This document shows positions 10,546-24,148 of a DNA stretch of 47,728 nt, piece by piece (the stretch's first letter is position 1; the number at the start of each line of letters is the position of its first letter). This DNA is from Octopus bimaculoides. Its lineage: Eukaryota. The translations under genes and the position numbers were made by a program. The notes under the pieces are model-generated. The model was not told the origin of the DNA and searched no databases. It saw only the letters and a list, made by a program, of their open reading frames with translations. The stretch is from the NCBI RefSeq assembly GCF_001194135.2, contig NC_068994.1:57178741-57226468 (forward strand), in the 5' to 3' direction.

Positions 10546-13022
10546 AGGCGATATAAAATCGCTTCAGAAATAATTAGGAGAGCAACAGGTGCATTGATAA
10601 GCCGCAATCACAGTGAAAAATGCATCTGTTTCTCTTGTAATTAATTCTGTGGCAATTTTATTTCGCCCAACTCTGAAGTATATTGTATTTTTAACACTCT
10701 AAGCATTTAAAGGAACACTTTCGGGCGAAAATCCACGGCTTCTGGCGTTTAAACAATACATATATGTTAACTATCTTATATTAAAATCATTTGTGCATTT
10801 TAGTAATATCCGACATCGTAGACTCTTTAGGAGAGAGTTTAATCTAAAAATGTACATTTACGGATCTATATAATACATTTAATCGTAATATCTTGTCTGT
10901 AATTCCGTCAAATCATTCTTTGTCTCTACCTGGGACTCTTTATCTCTTCACTGCTTACCCATGTACACGCATATTCACGCGCGCGCACTCACACATGCAC
11001 ACACACACTCAGACACACGCAGAATCAATATCAAAACCAATTTTCCCTCATTAACAAACATACAGAAATTATAAACTCCACTAATTAAGTTCATTATTTC
11101 CCTTTTGTCTCTTGATCAAATCTTTCGTTAATTAAATCTCACTCCATTTTACTTCTATAAAAGGGAATATCCGAAGGATGAATTCTGTGTAGAATATCTC
11201 CGATAAATTCCCTTATTACCATCCAACCGAGGCTGATATATCACAACGCAATTCATAATCTATTATCGTAATAGTCGAGGGACACATCTGCTTTCTCTTC
11301 TAATGAATCGCTACTGTTTCCACACGATCTCCGACAGCTTACGAAATCTTAACGAAGTAATCATTGAAAACAATGCTCATTGATTTATTGTCAACTTAGT
11401 TTTGATTTCTTATTTAATAAATGAACTGAATTTGTTTTACTAGCCATGCTATCAACTGTGGCTTTTCCGCTCATACTCTTAAAATCTAAAAGAGAAAACG
11501 GTGTCCATAGAGATTTTCAGCTTCGTATATAGATTAGAATAATTTAATGCGATAAACATAGACTAGTGTAGAAGAGTAGAATATATTGTGGAGGATGTTG
11601 TTTAATATTGAATTTGAGTGTGTATATAGGATGGAGAGAAACTGAAGAAGATCATAGTTTTTCAAGGTATTTTGGGGGGGGGGGAACTTGCCAAAATGTA
11701 AGTTAGATCTTATGAGGTCCATTGTGGTTAACAAAAGGGAAAGCGGCGTATGTAAGATGAAATTATCTTAACGCTAAGCTCTAATGTCAGATTTGCTCAG
11801 AAGCTTCTCAGAGCATAGATAGTCCAACGGGCTAGCTCTCGACAATATAGCAGAAAATGAAACTGGTTGATGGTGGGCCGCATTAAAATACTCAGGTAGT
11901 GGCTATAAGTTTTGTAAACAACACAATGCCTGGTGCCCTTAAATAGGTCAATCCATTTATCAGAAAACACACAGTGCAGGATAGATGCAGGTCTCAAATT
12001 TTAAGATATATTTGTAATGCATCTATCGGCCTAGATAAGTCACTGTCTATCTCCTAAACTATTTCAATAAAAATATTATTCAAATCCATGTCCAGGTTGT
12101 ATTTACGAACAGACATATTATCAGCGTGTTTAATTTAGCATTGTACAGCAGCGTATAGATGCGCAGTGTATAGATGCGTTGTCAAATAAGTTTCCTATCT
12201 AGCTTTTTTCAAGTGTTATGTAGTGTTAAGCAGGAGTCGCACTTTATTGTAAGTGCAAGTTAAACAAGCTAGAGATAGCTTTACTGATATGGCCAATATA
12301 ACAGTTGGAGTCGTGAAGTTGACCTCTCTTTGGTTAAAATGAAATACTTAAATCTCATTAAACATCAATATTATTATCATAGGTTTAGAATGGTACTGAT
12401 CTCTGATTGATCGGATCTTTTCGTCTGCGTATTTCTATATACAGAGTATCATTTCTGTTAGATTATGGTCGCTTAGCGTATTGTTTGTTGTATTAGGAAG
12501 ACTTTTTAAATTGCATCCATTTTTTTCTGTAGTTTGTGTGCATTTGACAAGCACAATGCATTTAATACAACATTCACAACACCAAGCTAATATTCACTGA
12601 AACGCAACATATAGCAGTCAAAAACGAAAATGAACAGCACATTGATGGTATATATTACTGGACAGTCAATTTCTACATCACTGTAACTTTTCCACCAATT
12701 ACATTGGCTTTGTATAATTCCTAAAATGAGACAGCAACACATGTCGAAAAACACGACAGTTTCTATGTAAATAATAATAAAGTGTGTGTGTGTGTGTGTG
12801 TGTTTGGTGATTGGGTTTCTATGTTTTCAAACAACAAACAATAGAAGATTGATAGTATTTGGTTTATTTGTCCAACAGTATTTTCCTTGCGTATAAATAA
12901 CCGAACGTACTTTGAAAGGACAATAAACCGACGTAGAGCAGTAATTGGATGTGAAGCATATGTGTTTTCATACAAATACACGTGTTACGTAATGTATGTA
13001 TAGTTCCTATAGAATCACATAC

Positions 13023-13208
13023 GTTTCTTTTTATATTTAGGCGGAAGTAGTTCTTAAGGGCCATATTTAGTGTGTCTGTAATGATGCTAATGAAGGAATC
13101 TTTTCGAAAAAGCGAAGCCATATTATCCAGCTTCACAAAAGACTTTATTATCTGATTCAGTAAAATATATTTACACCTCAAGTTGGCAAATAATGAGTTC
13201 AGCTTGTT
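13023..13208 (-). CDS. Candidate exon NKLNSLFANL...DNMASLFRKDSFISIITDTLNMALKNYFRLNIKRN, possibly a RasGAP arginine-finger region
   Basis: T-rich intron end with cag| acceptor, donor AAC|gtatgt, 186 nt, phase 0-0, open. LFR followed by S..S..D-T..A..Y..K resembles RasGAP [30 protein letters not shown] (from memory). Confidence 0.35.
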
Positions 13209-14044
13209 CTGTTGTCATTCAATATAACAATAAAAAAAACATCATATTGCGAATAAATATTTAAAAGATACACATACAAATATACAAAAATAATTATAAT
13301 CTGTAAACTAATGTGAAAACACTTTCAACCAGCATTTACTATTCTTTGTAAATTATATATGGCGTAATTAGAATATAGAACTTTCAATATTGTTCGTGTT
13401 TGTTCTTATAGCGTTATTCATTAAAGATTGAGGCTTAGGATTTGGCACGTACACTACTTTCGTCGTACGTTTATTAAAACCATTCTTAATAATTTTATTC
13501 CGATTTCTATCTACTTAAGGAATTCGGTACGTGCAAAATAGTTCTGTTTCATCTGCCATAGCGAGTCAACGAATAATTTCGCCTGTTACTTTATTTCGGA
13601 GATAATTGAATATCATATACAACAATTATGAAAAACCTGGTTGTCGTTGTATCATATTTCTTCGAGTATTTACTTTGCTTGTTATTGAGTTCAAAATTAC
13701 TTTATTTCACTGATGGAATCGCAAAAAATGTTTACTTTCAACCACAGAACAATCACAAGATGAAAATACGTATTAAATTTCAGCTGTGATGTGTAAATAT
13801 ATTTCATGATGTTTTTTTAAAAGATTTCTCAGGCGTAATAGCCGAAAGAAGATATTGCATGAGAATATCTGGTATCTGAAGCCTTAATGTTTACATCATA
13901 GCTTATTTAATTGTTATTATTAAAGCCGCTTGTGATGTTAGACAGCAATATTGAAGTAGCTAGTCTTAGTGTCGTTTGGTTTACAAGTCTTTTTACTGCT
14001 TTTCTGTTGTTGCAATATTGTTTGTTCGCTTTTGTGTTATTGAC

Positions 14045-14166
14045 AAAATGCCTTGCAGCATTGAGCTGCATGACTCTGACTTCTGAGTTCAAATCTCGGC
14101 AGGCGAAATGCTTCATATCATCCTCCTGTGATAGATGAAAAATATATCAGCTAGTGGAGTCGATGC
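14045..14166 (+). mobile_element. Degenerate family B SINE fragment
   Basis: ttctgagttcaaatc..tcatcct..gatag..agtcgat resembles the family B core. Confidence 0.5.
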
Positions 14167-14517
14167 ATTCCGAAATTTATATACATGTTGTTATGTCTTC
14201 AGGGGTTTGAATATCTCGTCGCTAATAATGTTATCACGACGTTGGGGTGTGCACAAGGGTGTAGAGTTGTATTAACCAAATAAATATTTGGATATGGTTA
14301 TCTTAAATAACCCTCCGCTGAATTAATGTCCACACAGAACGTACTCTGTACTACGCCAAGCGTAGGTACGATATTAAACTAACACAGTAATCCAATACGA
14401 ACGATCAAGAATGTCAATTGTACTGCTGTCAACTACCAGTTCTTTATCCTACTGAAATACGTTAGTCCACTTTTGGTCACGTGGGGGTGATCAGGATCCC
14501 TCCACAACACACATATA

Positions 14518-14832
14518 CGAGGGTGAGTCAAAAAGTAATGCCATTTTGTTTAGGACAGGTATAATTACCAACACAGGAACATGTATCATATATCAAAATG
14601 AAGCTGGTCCTCTGTGGATCACATCCCTACTTCTCAACATAGTCACCGTTTCTCTCAATAGAAATGTTCCACCATCGAATAAGAGCATGTATCCCTGCCC
14701 CGTAAAATTCTGTTGACTGTTCTTTGAGTTACTTCTTCACTACAGTTTTCACTTCCTCGTCACTGGAATAATGTTTGCCTTTCAAACTCTCTTTTATGGG
14801 CCGAAGAGATGATTGTCTGAAGACGCTAAATC
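14518..14832 (-). mobile_element. mariner (DD34D) transposase 3' end with TIR
   Basis: Translates DLASSDNHLFGP / ESLKGKHYSSDEEVKTVVKK*LKEQSTEFY..GIHALIRWWNISIERNGDYVEK. Ends at TA|cgagggtgagtcaaaaagtaa. Confidence 0.9.
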
Positions 14833-14841
14833 TTTTTTTTT

Positions 14842-15017
14842 CACAAGGGCAGTTTGTGGGGAGGGGATTAAGTCGACTACATCGGCGCCAATCGACCCCA
14901 AAAGGATGAAAGGGAAAGTCGACCTCGGCGGAATTTGAACTCAGAATGTAAAGACGGACGAAATACCGCTAAGCATTTCGCCCGGTGTGCTAACGTTTCT
15001 ATCGGCTCTCACCACCT
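14842..15017 (-). mobile_element. Family B SINE (truncates the mariner relic)
   Basis: gaccccaaaaggatgaaagggaaagtcgacctcggcggaatttgaactcagaa..tgctaacgtttct. Confidence 0.9.
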
Positions 15018-17589
15018 GAAAATAATGATATGAAATTATTTCCTTTTTTCATATTCTCATTTGTGATATAAAACTGATATTTTGTTTACTCAGATTTTGA
15101 TAAGTTAATATCATAATAGGAAGTTATGTTTGAAAATACGTTCTCTGTGCATTAAATTTTCTTATTTCGTTTTACCAGATTTCGAAATAGAGAAAGCAAA
15201 ATAGGAATTCAAGAAAAAGAGCAACAAACTGCGATACGAATTTACACGAATGAAGGAACTGTATTATTCCTTTTCTAACACGTTGCTGATATAATGTTAT
15301 ATTGAAGAAACTTGACAGTAATTCTAACAAATGAGGCTATATAGACACCATGGCAGACCGCAGGAACATTGGGAATTTATATTCTGTGATTTGCGTAGGC
15401 TGAATAAATGTTATAAGTCTTTCTCATATTTCCTAGCTTTCTTACAGTGGGACGTATCAAATATCCACAAGTTATTGATCACAACGAAGCAAGTAGATTT
15501 GCTACTTGTAATTTTGATTGGGTCAATCACATACACTAAGTCGGATACTCTCTTCTCTATAGAAAGAAATCTATTAGTTATTCTATTGTTAATTGAATTT
15601 CGAATGGTGAAATAAACATTGATTTTTGGCTTTTGCTAATGGAAACCATTCTGAGTTATTTTTGTGTCATTTCAAATTGCAGAATATTACGCTAATTGAA
15701 TAAAAACTGTCAGACTAAAGTTCATGTCTCAGGACAGAGTTGATCATATAGTCATAGTCAACTAGTGCCAATCCTCTTTAGATTTCTATCAATTTACTGT
15801 CTACACTCATTGATTCATGCAACTTCATGATCTACTTGTTTAAAATGTGCCCAGTTCCTCGTTTTCATATAAATTTCCCAAGCATCAACATCTTTCTATT
15901 CAGTTTATAATGTTTTGCTTCATCTTGCTTCACTTTACGTTTTCTTGAATTATACGAATTTACAGGCATAACACTTTGTCATTTTAACTGAGTCTCGCGA
16001 GCATTTTACTTAACAGCTTTTGCTATCAGACAAGACTTTTCTTTCTATTTTATTCAATTATCAGTATATAATCCAATGCACTACATTTGAATGTGTTTAT
16101 GTGTTTCTCCTCTTAATGGCTACTGCTACATATATATATACATATAATGCTACAATACAGTTATTATAAAACAATTTCTTGAGATCTCAGTTTTTTTTTC
16201 TACCATATAATTTAATATTTATTGTTCTTTCGATCAGGCATCGTTTAATATTAGGTCAACGTACATTACAGATATTTCATCTATGCTTCAACTTTGAGAT
16301 AGGTTGATGTGAATATTAAGTTTGATAGAATCGAAATGTTATCGAGGAACCAAGATGCTCAACCGGAAGTTTGTTTGCATATCAAAACTACTTTTCTTTT
16401 AGTCAAAGGCTAAGAGCAGCATCCGTGACTACTTTTGTAGAGGCTCTGAAACTGGTAGAATAAAATCAAAGCAGAGTTCTAACCAAAATATTCCAACAGT
16501 ATGATCCCCACAGACGATGGTCAAAGATCAAGTGGGGTTGTTAAACCAAAAATTATCTAAATCTTGTGAAATATTGACGTGATTGAAGATTGTAATTCTT
16601 AGACAAAGGAGTGCATGAGGATCTTCATAATGGTTTAAAGTAACTGATGATCCCCCCCCACTCGAAGTTACAAGCTGTAGAGAGCAAACGGGATAACCTA
16701 GTATGAGAGTATATTTGAAAATATTGGCGATAACGTAATAGGTGTGGACTAAAAAACAAGAACAGCAACTAAGATCATTTTTAATAATATCCATCATTGG
16801 TAATGGAAATGACATTAATAATATTTAATAATTACTATTTTAATATTCTCATCCATGAAACAATATTGATTATATTTTATACTCAGCCTTTGTCCAAAGA
16901 ACTTCTGTGTCATAATATATCACTGGTACTGACTTCTGGGATTAAGAAATGTTGGTGTAAAAAAAAATCAATGGAATTTCCGAAAACGACTACTAAATTA
17001 TGGTAAAATTTTTACGCGAATGTTGCTGCATTATCTCTAATATTATCTCTAACGTTCTATCTTTAATGTAATAATATATTAAGAATATTCACAGCAACTG
17101 TAACGAATACAGCAGAATAGACGCAAATGTGGTCCCAACATCGCGTTTAATGCGCGTATGTTCGAAAAGCTAAGTGTCTAATTGTCTAAATGAAATAAAA
17201 ACGAAAATCATATTATATATATATCTTTAAATCAAGACTTGTCACTTGTCACTTTTTTCTAAAGTTTCTCTTCCATTGATATAGTAACATCTATTCCTCC
17301 AAGACATCTTCAACACATTTCTACATCGCATTACATAGATGTTATCACATATGATTTATAATTAAATTTCAATTTATACCTTCATAATTTATTTGTTATA
17401 TTTTTTCATATTTTCCGTTGAAAATTTCTTCGAGATAACATAATGCCATCAGCAGCAATATCGCGTATTTACACAGTTGCTCAATCTGCAAGAAACAGTA
17501 GTCAACATCTCCCTCATATCACACTCTACACGCATCAGTAAAGAAAAGTCATACTTTGTACGATGCAGTTCTTCATATAGTTATCTAAA

Positions 17590-17966
17590 AGTTCGGTTGC
17601 GACTTGACTAGCACAGATTTTTTCTTGTGGAGATAGTGGAAAGAGAGTGTTTACGTCAACTAACTGGAGACCTTGGAGCAACTGACGGAGAACATCAATA
17701 GAAAAACCAGAAGAGTGGGGTCTGAAACTCTTGAGGGTGTTATGGTGCAAGTTTTGGAAAGAGCAGGGGCGAGCGAAGCCGGAAATGGCTGCTATTTACG
17801 AGATGGCATTTTATTCATATCTGGTGTAATAGTGTTGCAAACGTTGACTTGTGCATCTAAATTTCCATTATGTCTTTTATATTGTATCAAAATTTCATGC
17901 ATTTATTTGAAAAGTTAAGGAAGATTTTAAAAATTGAAACCCGTTAGTGATTTTGGGGAAAACCTG
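17590..17966 (+). mobile_element. Tc1/mariner-superfamily transposase 3' end with TIR
   Basis: DLTSTDFFLWR*WKESVYVN*LETLEQLTENINRK..ETLEGVMVQVLERA..NG matches the DLTPxDFFLWG..K..VY motif. Ends ggggaaaacctg|TA. Confidence 0.85.
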
Positions 17967-17974
17967 TATATATA

Positions 17975-18290
17975 CAGAGTGCGGTGGATGAACTGTCGTC
18001 TAAATTACGCAAAAATGAAAATAACACTGACAACTCATTTTAATAGATATATTTACCAAAATTATATAAATATATCTTGTAATCCGAAAGAGTAAATTTA
18101 TTCAATAAAATTGCCATTGGCTTCAACCACGGTCTGCAGACGACTTCGGAATCTCCTGCAAGTCTTCTAACGGCCTCCTTGCTTAAGTTGGTGTATGCTA
18201 CCATAATCCTTGCCTTCAGTTCATCTTTGGTGTTTAGGGAGGTGAAATTTGTGGGCGATTTCTTTTATAAACATTTCTTCCATTCGGTCT
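17975..18290 (-). mobile_element. Tc1/mariner-superfamily transposase 3' end with TIR
   Basis: NTKDELKARIMVAYTNLSKEAV / CRRFRSRLQTVVEANGNFIE*. Element end TA|cagagtgcggtgg. Confidence 0.85.
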
Positions 18291-18472
18291 CAAGTGTTAG
18301 CATTTTATGAATCATTTTTGATTGTTGAATATATAATGGAAAAGGAGTAATATAAAATGGGTACAAAAATATATATATACAGAATGACAAACAGAGAGGG
18401 AGAGAAAGAGAGAGACATGTATATATAGATTGTAATGTAAAAAGATAGGCAGACAGAAAAGTGGATAATTAA

Positions 18473-18580
<108 letters not shown>

Positions 18581-19299
18581 ACAAACCGGCATCGCACACA
18601 CAGACAGACAGATAGAGAAGGTGAGATTTAGGAAGATAAAATGAAGCACATGGTGAAAAAGCTATTGTTTTAATTATTTAGATAGATGGAGGAAGGAACA
18701 TGACCGACTGTAAAAGAGACTGTCCGTAATTAGCAATTAATTTTAATCGTATTATTGAATATTTTCCACACACAGACACACACACACACACGCACACACA
18801 CACATACACACCCATGCGATCATACATACATACACTTAGATGTGCTTTGTTTCTCTTCTTCTTGTTTTATTTTTGTTTAGTTATTTACGTCGTATATGAA
18901 TATATAGCCAAAATACCACGAGATTTCTTCGTAAAAATGAATAGNNNNNNNNNNNNNNNNNNNNNNNNNNNNNNNNNNNNNNNNNNNNNNNNNNNNNNNN
19001 NNNNNNNNNNNNNNNNNNNNNNNNNNNNNNNNNNNNNNNNNNNNNNNNNNNNNNNNNNNNNNNNNNNNNNNNNNNNNNNNNNNNNNNNNNNNNNNNNNNN
19101 NNNNNNNNNNNNNNNNNNNNNNNNNNNNNNNNNNNNNNNATATATATATATATATATGAGATAGAGAGTTAGATAATAAATTTACAATATATATCTATTA
19201 CAATATATATCTATTTCCACACACACACATGCATATATATGAGTGTATATCTGTCTATTTATCTATCTATATACATAAATATATGTGAATAGAGAGAGA

Positions 19300-19303
19300 G
19301 AGT

Positions 19304-19334
<31 letters not shown>

Positions 19335-19375
19335 CGATAGATAGATAGATAGATAGATAGANNNNNNNNNNGATC

Positions 19376-19442
<67 letters not shown>
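19300..19442 (+). repeat. (GATA)n microsatellite spanning a 10-N gap
   Basis: Direct reading. Confidence 0.97.
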
Positions 19443-20327
19443 GAAAATGACACTGGTGGGAGAGAAAATGAACGAGTTTGACAGACATGCTTTTCAAGGA
19501 GACAGATACATAAATAAAACTAAATAAATAAAAATAAAATAAATCTACTGTATTGGACGACAGTAGGTGTAAGTTTATGTTTTTGAATAATCAAATAAAT
19601 GGTACTTTCTTTCTCAAAGTTTCCTTCATTTAAGACTACCGAATATGCACACACAGTAAGTAATATTTAAAAACAACTAAATCAATAAGCGAAAAGAAGT
19701 TATCTGCTCATTGCCAATATTCCCAAATACCATCTATATATGGCTACCTATGAAATGATCGCCACAGGGAACCAATAGCATGGTGCATTTTCTGAATTCC
19801 TTTCATTCATAACTTACTAGTTGACGTGGCTTCGCGGACAACCATAGCAAAGAAAATTTTCTCTGCTACATGTTAAGTTCAGAGATGTTATACATAAGTT
19901 AGATGAGTATTATACGTACATACGTGCGTGCGTATGGTGTTATCGTTTATGCGTGTTTCTCTGACTGTGTGTGCGTGAGAGGATGTTGTACTGCATCACA
20001 ACAAAACAAATGAAATGGCATCAGAATAATATGAAGCTGTGAGTAGGTTGGTGGAGTGGCTCCGGCGATCAGAAAACCATCCATTCACACTCTATCACTT
20101 CGGAAACGTCGTGGCTTCTCATGCAACGCCTTTTTCTAATTCTTCCTTACCATTTTCCCACCTAAATAGATTGATAGAATTATTAGGCACACTCACACAC
20201 AGATAGAGAGAGAAAGAGAGGGGAAAAGAGAGATAGAAAAAGGAGAAGGAGGAAGAAAACGAAAGGTAGAAGAAAAACAAGTAGAAGAGATATAGATACA
20301 TATACATATATATATATGTATATGTAG

Positions 20328-20362
<35 letters not shown>

Positions 20363-21446
20363 CGTGTGTGTGTGTGTGTGTCTGTATANNNNNNNNNNNN
20401 NNNNNNNNNNNNNNNNNNNNNNNNNNNNNNNNNNNNNNNNNNNNNNNNNNNNNNNNNNNNNNNNNNNNNNNNNNNNNNNNNNNNNNNNNNNNNNNNNNNN
20501 NNNNNNNNNNNNNNNNNNNNNNNNNNNNNNNNNNNNNNNNNNNNNNNNNNNNNNNNNNNNNNNNNNNNNNNNNNNNNNNNNNNNNNNNNNNNNNNNNNNN
20601 NNNNNNNNNNNNNNNNNNNNNNNNNNNNNNNNNNNNNNNNNNNNNTATATATATATATATATATATATACATACACACGTAGAAGTATAATACAATTATA
20701 TAGATTTCGGTAAGCAATCATTATGTATGTAGCATCATGAAATTTATACCTAACTTCGGCAAAAACATAATACGCTATCTTTTACCTCTCACTGGAAATT
20801 CTCAATCACATCCTACTTAATTATACGTTGCTCGTATTACAATTAACCCAGGTGAATTATTAATTACACATCTTTCGAGAATATGCCATTGTTCCCTGTC
20901 TTCTGATTCCTTACACTGTATTTATTGCTTTTTATTTCTTCCTTTAGTTTCCTTATTATCTCACATCGAAATCTGCCAACAGATCTACTATTCTGAATAG
21001 TAATTTTAAATTAGGTTTCTCCGATTTTTAGCGCAGGGGATTTGGTTCAACGCCCTGCTAATATTAATCATATACATCGGAGTTCAGTTCAGCTGTTAGA
21101 ATATAATTTTAAAGATACATATATATATACGTATATGAGCGGCGGATGAGGACATGAGTAAATGTAAGTAGGCTTGTATGATGTGTGTCTACTGAAAGAA
21201 ACTTAGGATTTAACGCGAGCATACTCACACATGCACACATACACACACACACACACACTCACACACACAAGCACACAATCCGATGTGTGTGTGTATGTGT
21301 GTGTAAGTATAAAATTGCATATAGATATCGCCATATACAAGTGTATATATATATATATATATATATATANNNNNNNNNNNNNNNNNNNNNNNNNNNNNNN
21401 NNNNNNNNNNNNNNNNNNNNNNNNNNNNNNNNNNNNNNNNNNNNNN

Positions 21447-21496
<50 letters not shown>

Positions 21497-21507
<11 letters not shown>

Positions 21508-21510
21508 GAC

Positions 21511-21574
<64 letters not shown>

Positions 21575-21706
21575 GTCTATTCATGTGTACATGCATATAC
21601 CTTCGAATATATATATGTGCATGTATGGTTTGTGTGTATGTTTACATATACAGTCACCTTATATGCATATATACCGAGCAGATTAATATATATGTATGTG
21701 TGTGTG

Positions 21707-21749
<43 letters not shown>

Positions 21750-21830
21750 GTGTGTGTGTGTGTGTGAGTGTGCGTGTATATATATATATGTGTGTGAAAG
21801 TTAACTATAAATATTTATGCTCCTGATATT
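21497..21830 (+). repeat. (GATA)n followed by a degenerate (AT)/(GT) tract
   Basis: Direct reading. Confidence 0.9.
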
Positions 21831-22115
21831 TCCGACGTATATTCAAAACTGGAAAACGATAAATGAAACGGAAAATTTGTAAAATACTTTACCTTATTAT
21901 TATATTTACGATTTGATCGTATTTATTCTACTCATTGAAATAATGAAAATGCGTACCCTGATACATAATGAAGCAATTTCTTGAGTCTCTGAACTCTAAC
22001 CATTGAATGAAAAGCTGGTATAATATATTAATATCATGTGCAATTCTCCTGTTAAACAGCTGAACCTGTTCTGGCTTATAACAAACACTCACACATGCAT
22101 ATACATACTTATATA

Positions 22116-22329
22116 AAGGGTGGCCCAAAAGAAGGATTACAGTTATTCAACCATCTCTTTCGCATTCATATATTAACAGTTTAGATCTTAATTATAAAAA
22201 AAAATATGAAACCATTATTCTGTGCTAGTTTAATTAGCTGTAAGATAGAAATTTAAATGTAATAAAATGTTTTGAAAGAAATTTAATGTGCCTACGTGAC
22301 AACTGTAAACCTACTTTTGGGCTACCCTG
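22116..22329. mobile_element. Tc1/mariner-type MITE
   Basis: TIRs aagggtggcccaaaagaaggattacagtt and aactgtaaacctacttttgggctaccctg, TA on both sides, 214 bp, no ORF. Confidence 0.9.
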
Positions 22330-22334
22330 TATAC

Positions 22335-22372
<38 letters not shown>

Positions 22373-23144
22373 NNNNNNNNNNNNNNNNNNNNNNNNNNNN
22401 NNNNNNNNNNNNNNNNNNNNNNNNNNNNNNNNNNNNNNNNNNNNNNNNNNNNNNNNNNNNNNNNNNNNNNNNNNNNNNNNNNNNNNNNNNNNNNNNNNNN
22501 NNNNNNNNNNNNNNNNNNNNNNNNNNNNNNNNNNNNNNNNNNNNNNNNNNNNNNNNNNNNNNNNNNNNNNNNNNNNNNNNNNNNNNNNNNNNNNNNNNNN
22601 NNNNNNNNNNNNNNNNNNNNNNNNNNNNNNNNNNNCATATATACAGAAATGCGTATATGTATATGCATTTGTGTATATATTTTTGTATGGATAATCGAAG
22701 AAACAATATAGAAAGACAAAAAGAAATCCAGAGACACAATTGAGAGATCAAATCATGAATTGTAGCGTCGAAGGAATAGTTAAGTTATTTTTAGGGAAAT
22801 GTTTGTATGGAACCCTATTTTCCCAACCTAACATACTGTAGAATCCCCGCTCCCCCACATCTGATATCCTCAAATGTCTCTTATCAAAGACGCTTCCTGC
22901 ACTTTATTTAAAATTGCGTCTCAGTTATTCAAGTCGGTAGCCAAAAGATTGTTTTGTAATGTGTATTATGAATGTTTCTATGAATATCCGTCAGTTGCCA
23001 CGTTACTACTTGGTGCTGTATTTTAGAAATAACCACCTTTTGCGATCTTTTGATGATAAATATTTCGTTTTACGGTAATCTTTCCTGACGTAACTAATAA
23101 CCGCTGACAGTGAATTCCTGGAAATACTCCAAAGCCTTCAATAC

Positions 23145-23282
23145 ATTGGATTTTGAGTTCGCCTTGGCAAAATACCAAGTTTCTACATGCTGCCAAAATT
23201 GTCCTTGGTTCTTGTCAATATCTGAAAGGAAATCTGCTAGCATGCAATTGTCGACAATGTTGGCATGATTTTTAGGTGCTCT
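23145..23282 (-). CDS. Candidate exon RAPKNHANIVDNCMLADFLSDIDKNQGQFWQHVETWYFAKANSKSN, possibly a C2-domain C-terminal half
   Basis: Lies in an ~80-codon open frame. Acceptor tttctgtcag|, donor AAT|gtattg. DFL..I and ETWYF resemble C2 D-F-L-G and W-Y-x-L motifs. Confidence 0.22.
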
Positions 23283-23797
23283 CTGACAGAAATCATTGTT
23301 CCGACTCCGTTTTGAACATTTCGGTTTTCTTATTAGTTACACTACGATTGAAAAGGCTGCATTTATAATTATTTACATATTCATCTTTATCACATACGTG
23401 TAATATGAACCACCAACATGTGGTGTTTTTACTTCGATTCTCTTAGAACTTAGTAATTTAACATCGACGGAAATGTGTAAGTTAATATTGAGGTGTAAAT
23501 ATGATTATTTTTGTAAAGAAAACAGTGGGGCGGCAAGATGTGTACAGTGCCTAGTATTAATATAAAACAGTTGACTTTTGGACTAATATGAAAGCAATCA
23601 TACATATTTATACAATAAAGCAGTACAGATCAAACAAACTGGAGCGCATTCTGTCAATACTTCTCTATCTCTCTCTCTCTCTCTCCATATATATATATAT
23701 ACATATCTATATATACATATACATATATATATACATATATGTATATATACATATATATGTACATACATATATACATATATATATATATACATACATA

Positions 23798-23831
<34 letters not shown>

Positions 23832-24112
23832 NNNNNNNNNNNNNNNNNNNNNNNNNNNNNNNNNNNNNNNNNNNNNNNNNNNNNNNNNNNNNNNNNNNNN
23901 NNNNNNNNNNNNNNNNNNNNNNNNNNNNNNNNNNNNNNNNNNNNNNNNNNNNNNNNNNNNNNNNNNNNNNNNNNNNNNNNNNNNNNNNNNNNNNNNNNNN
24001 NNNNNNNNNNNNNNNNNNNNNNNNNNNNNNNNNNNNNNNNNNNNNNNNNNNNNNNNNNNNNNNNNNNNNNNNNNNNNNNNNNNNCTAAAATATACATTAA
24101 TTTCGCTATCAG

Positions 24113-24148
24113 AGTTGTGAAGAACAAAATCGGCAGTCTCGTCCGCAG
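24113..24148 (+). other. Possible 36-nt exon (SCEEQNRQSRPQ or VVKNKIGSLVR)
   Basis: taatttcgctatcag| acceptor, GCAG|gtatgt donor, GC-richer than flanks. The donor coincides with a (GTAT)n repeat. Confidence 0.2.

Noticed and set aside
15075-15115. CAAAATCTGAGTA resembling the hammerhead stem III block
   Set aside because: Core and stems too degenerate to call.
23090-23340. 11-bp perfect inverted repeat gtaactaataa/ttattagttac bracketing an ORF
   Set aside because: Several such short IRs are expected by chance in AT-rich DNA of this length; no target-site duplication.
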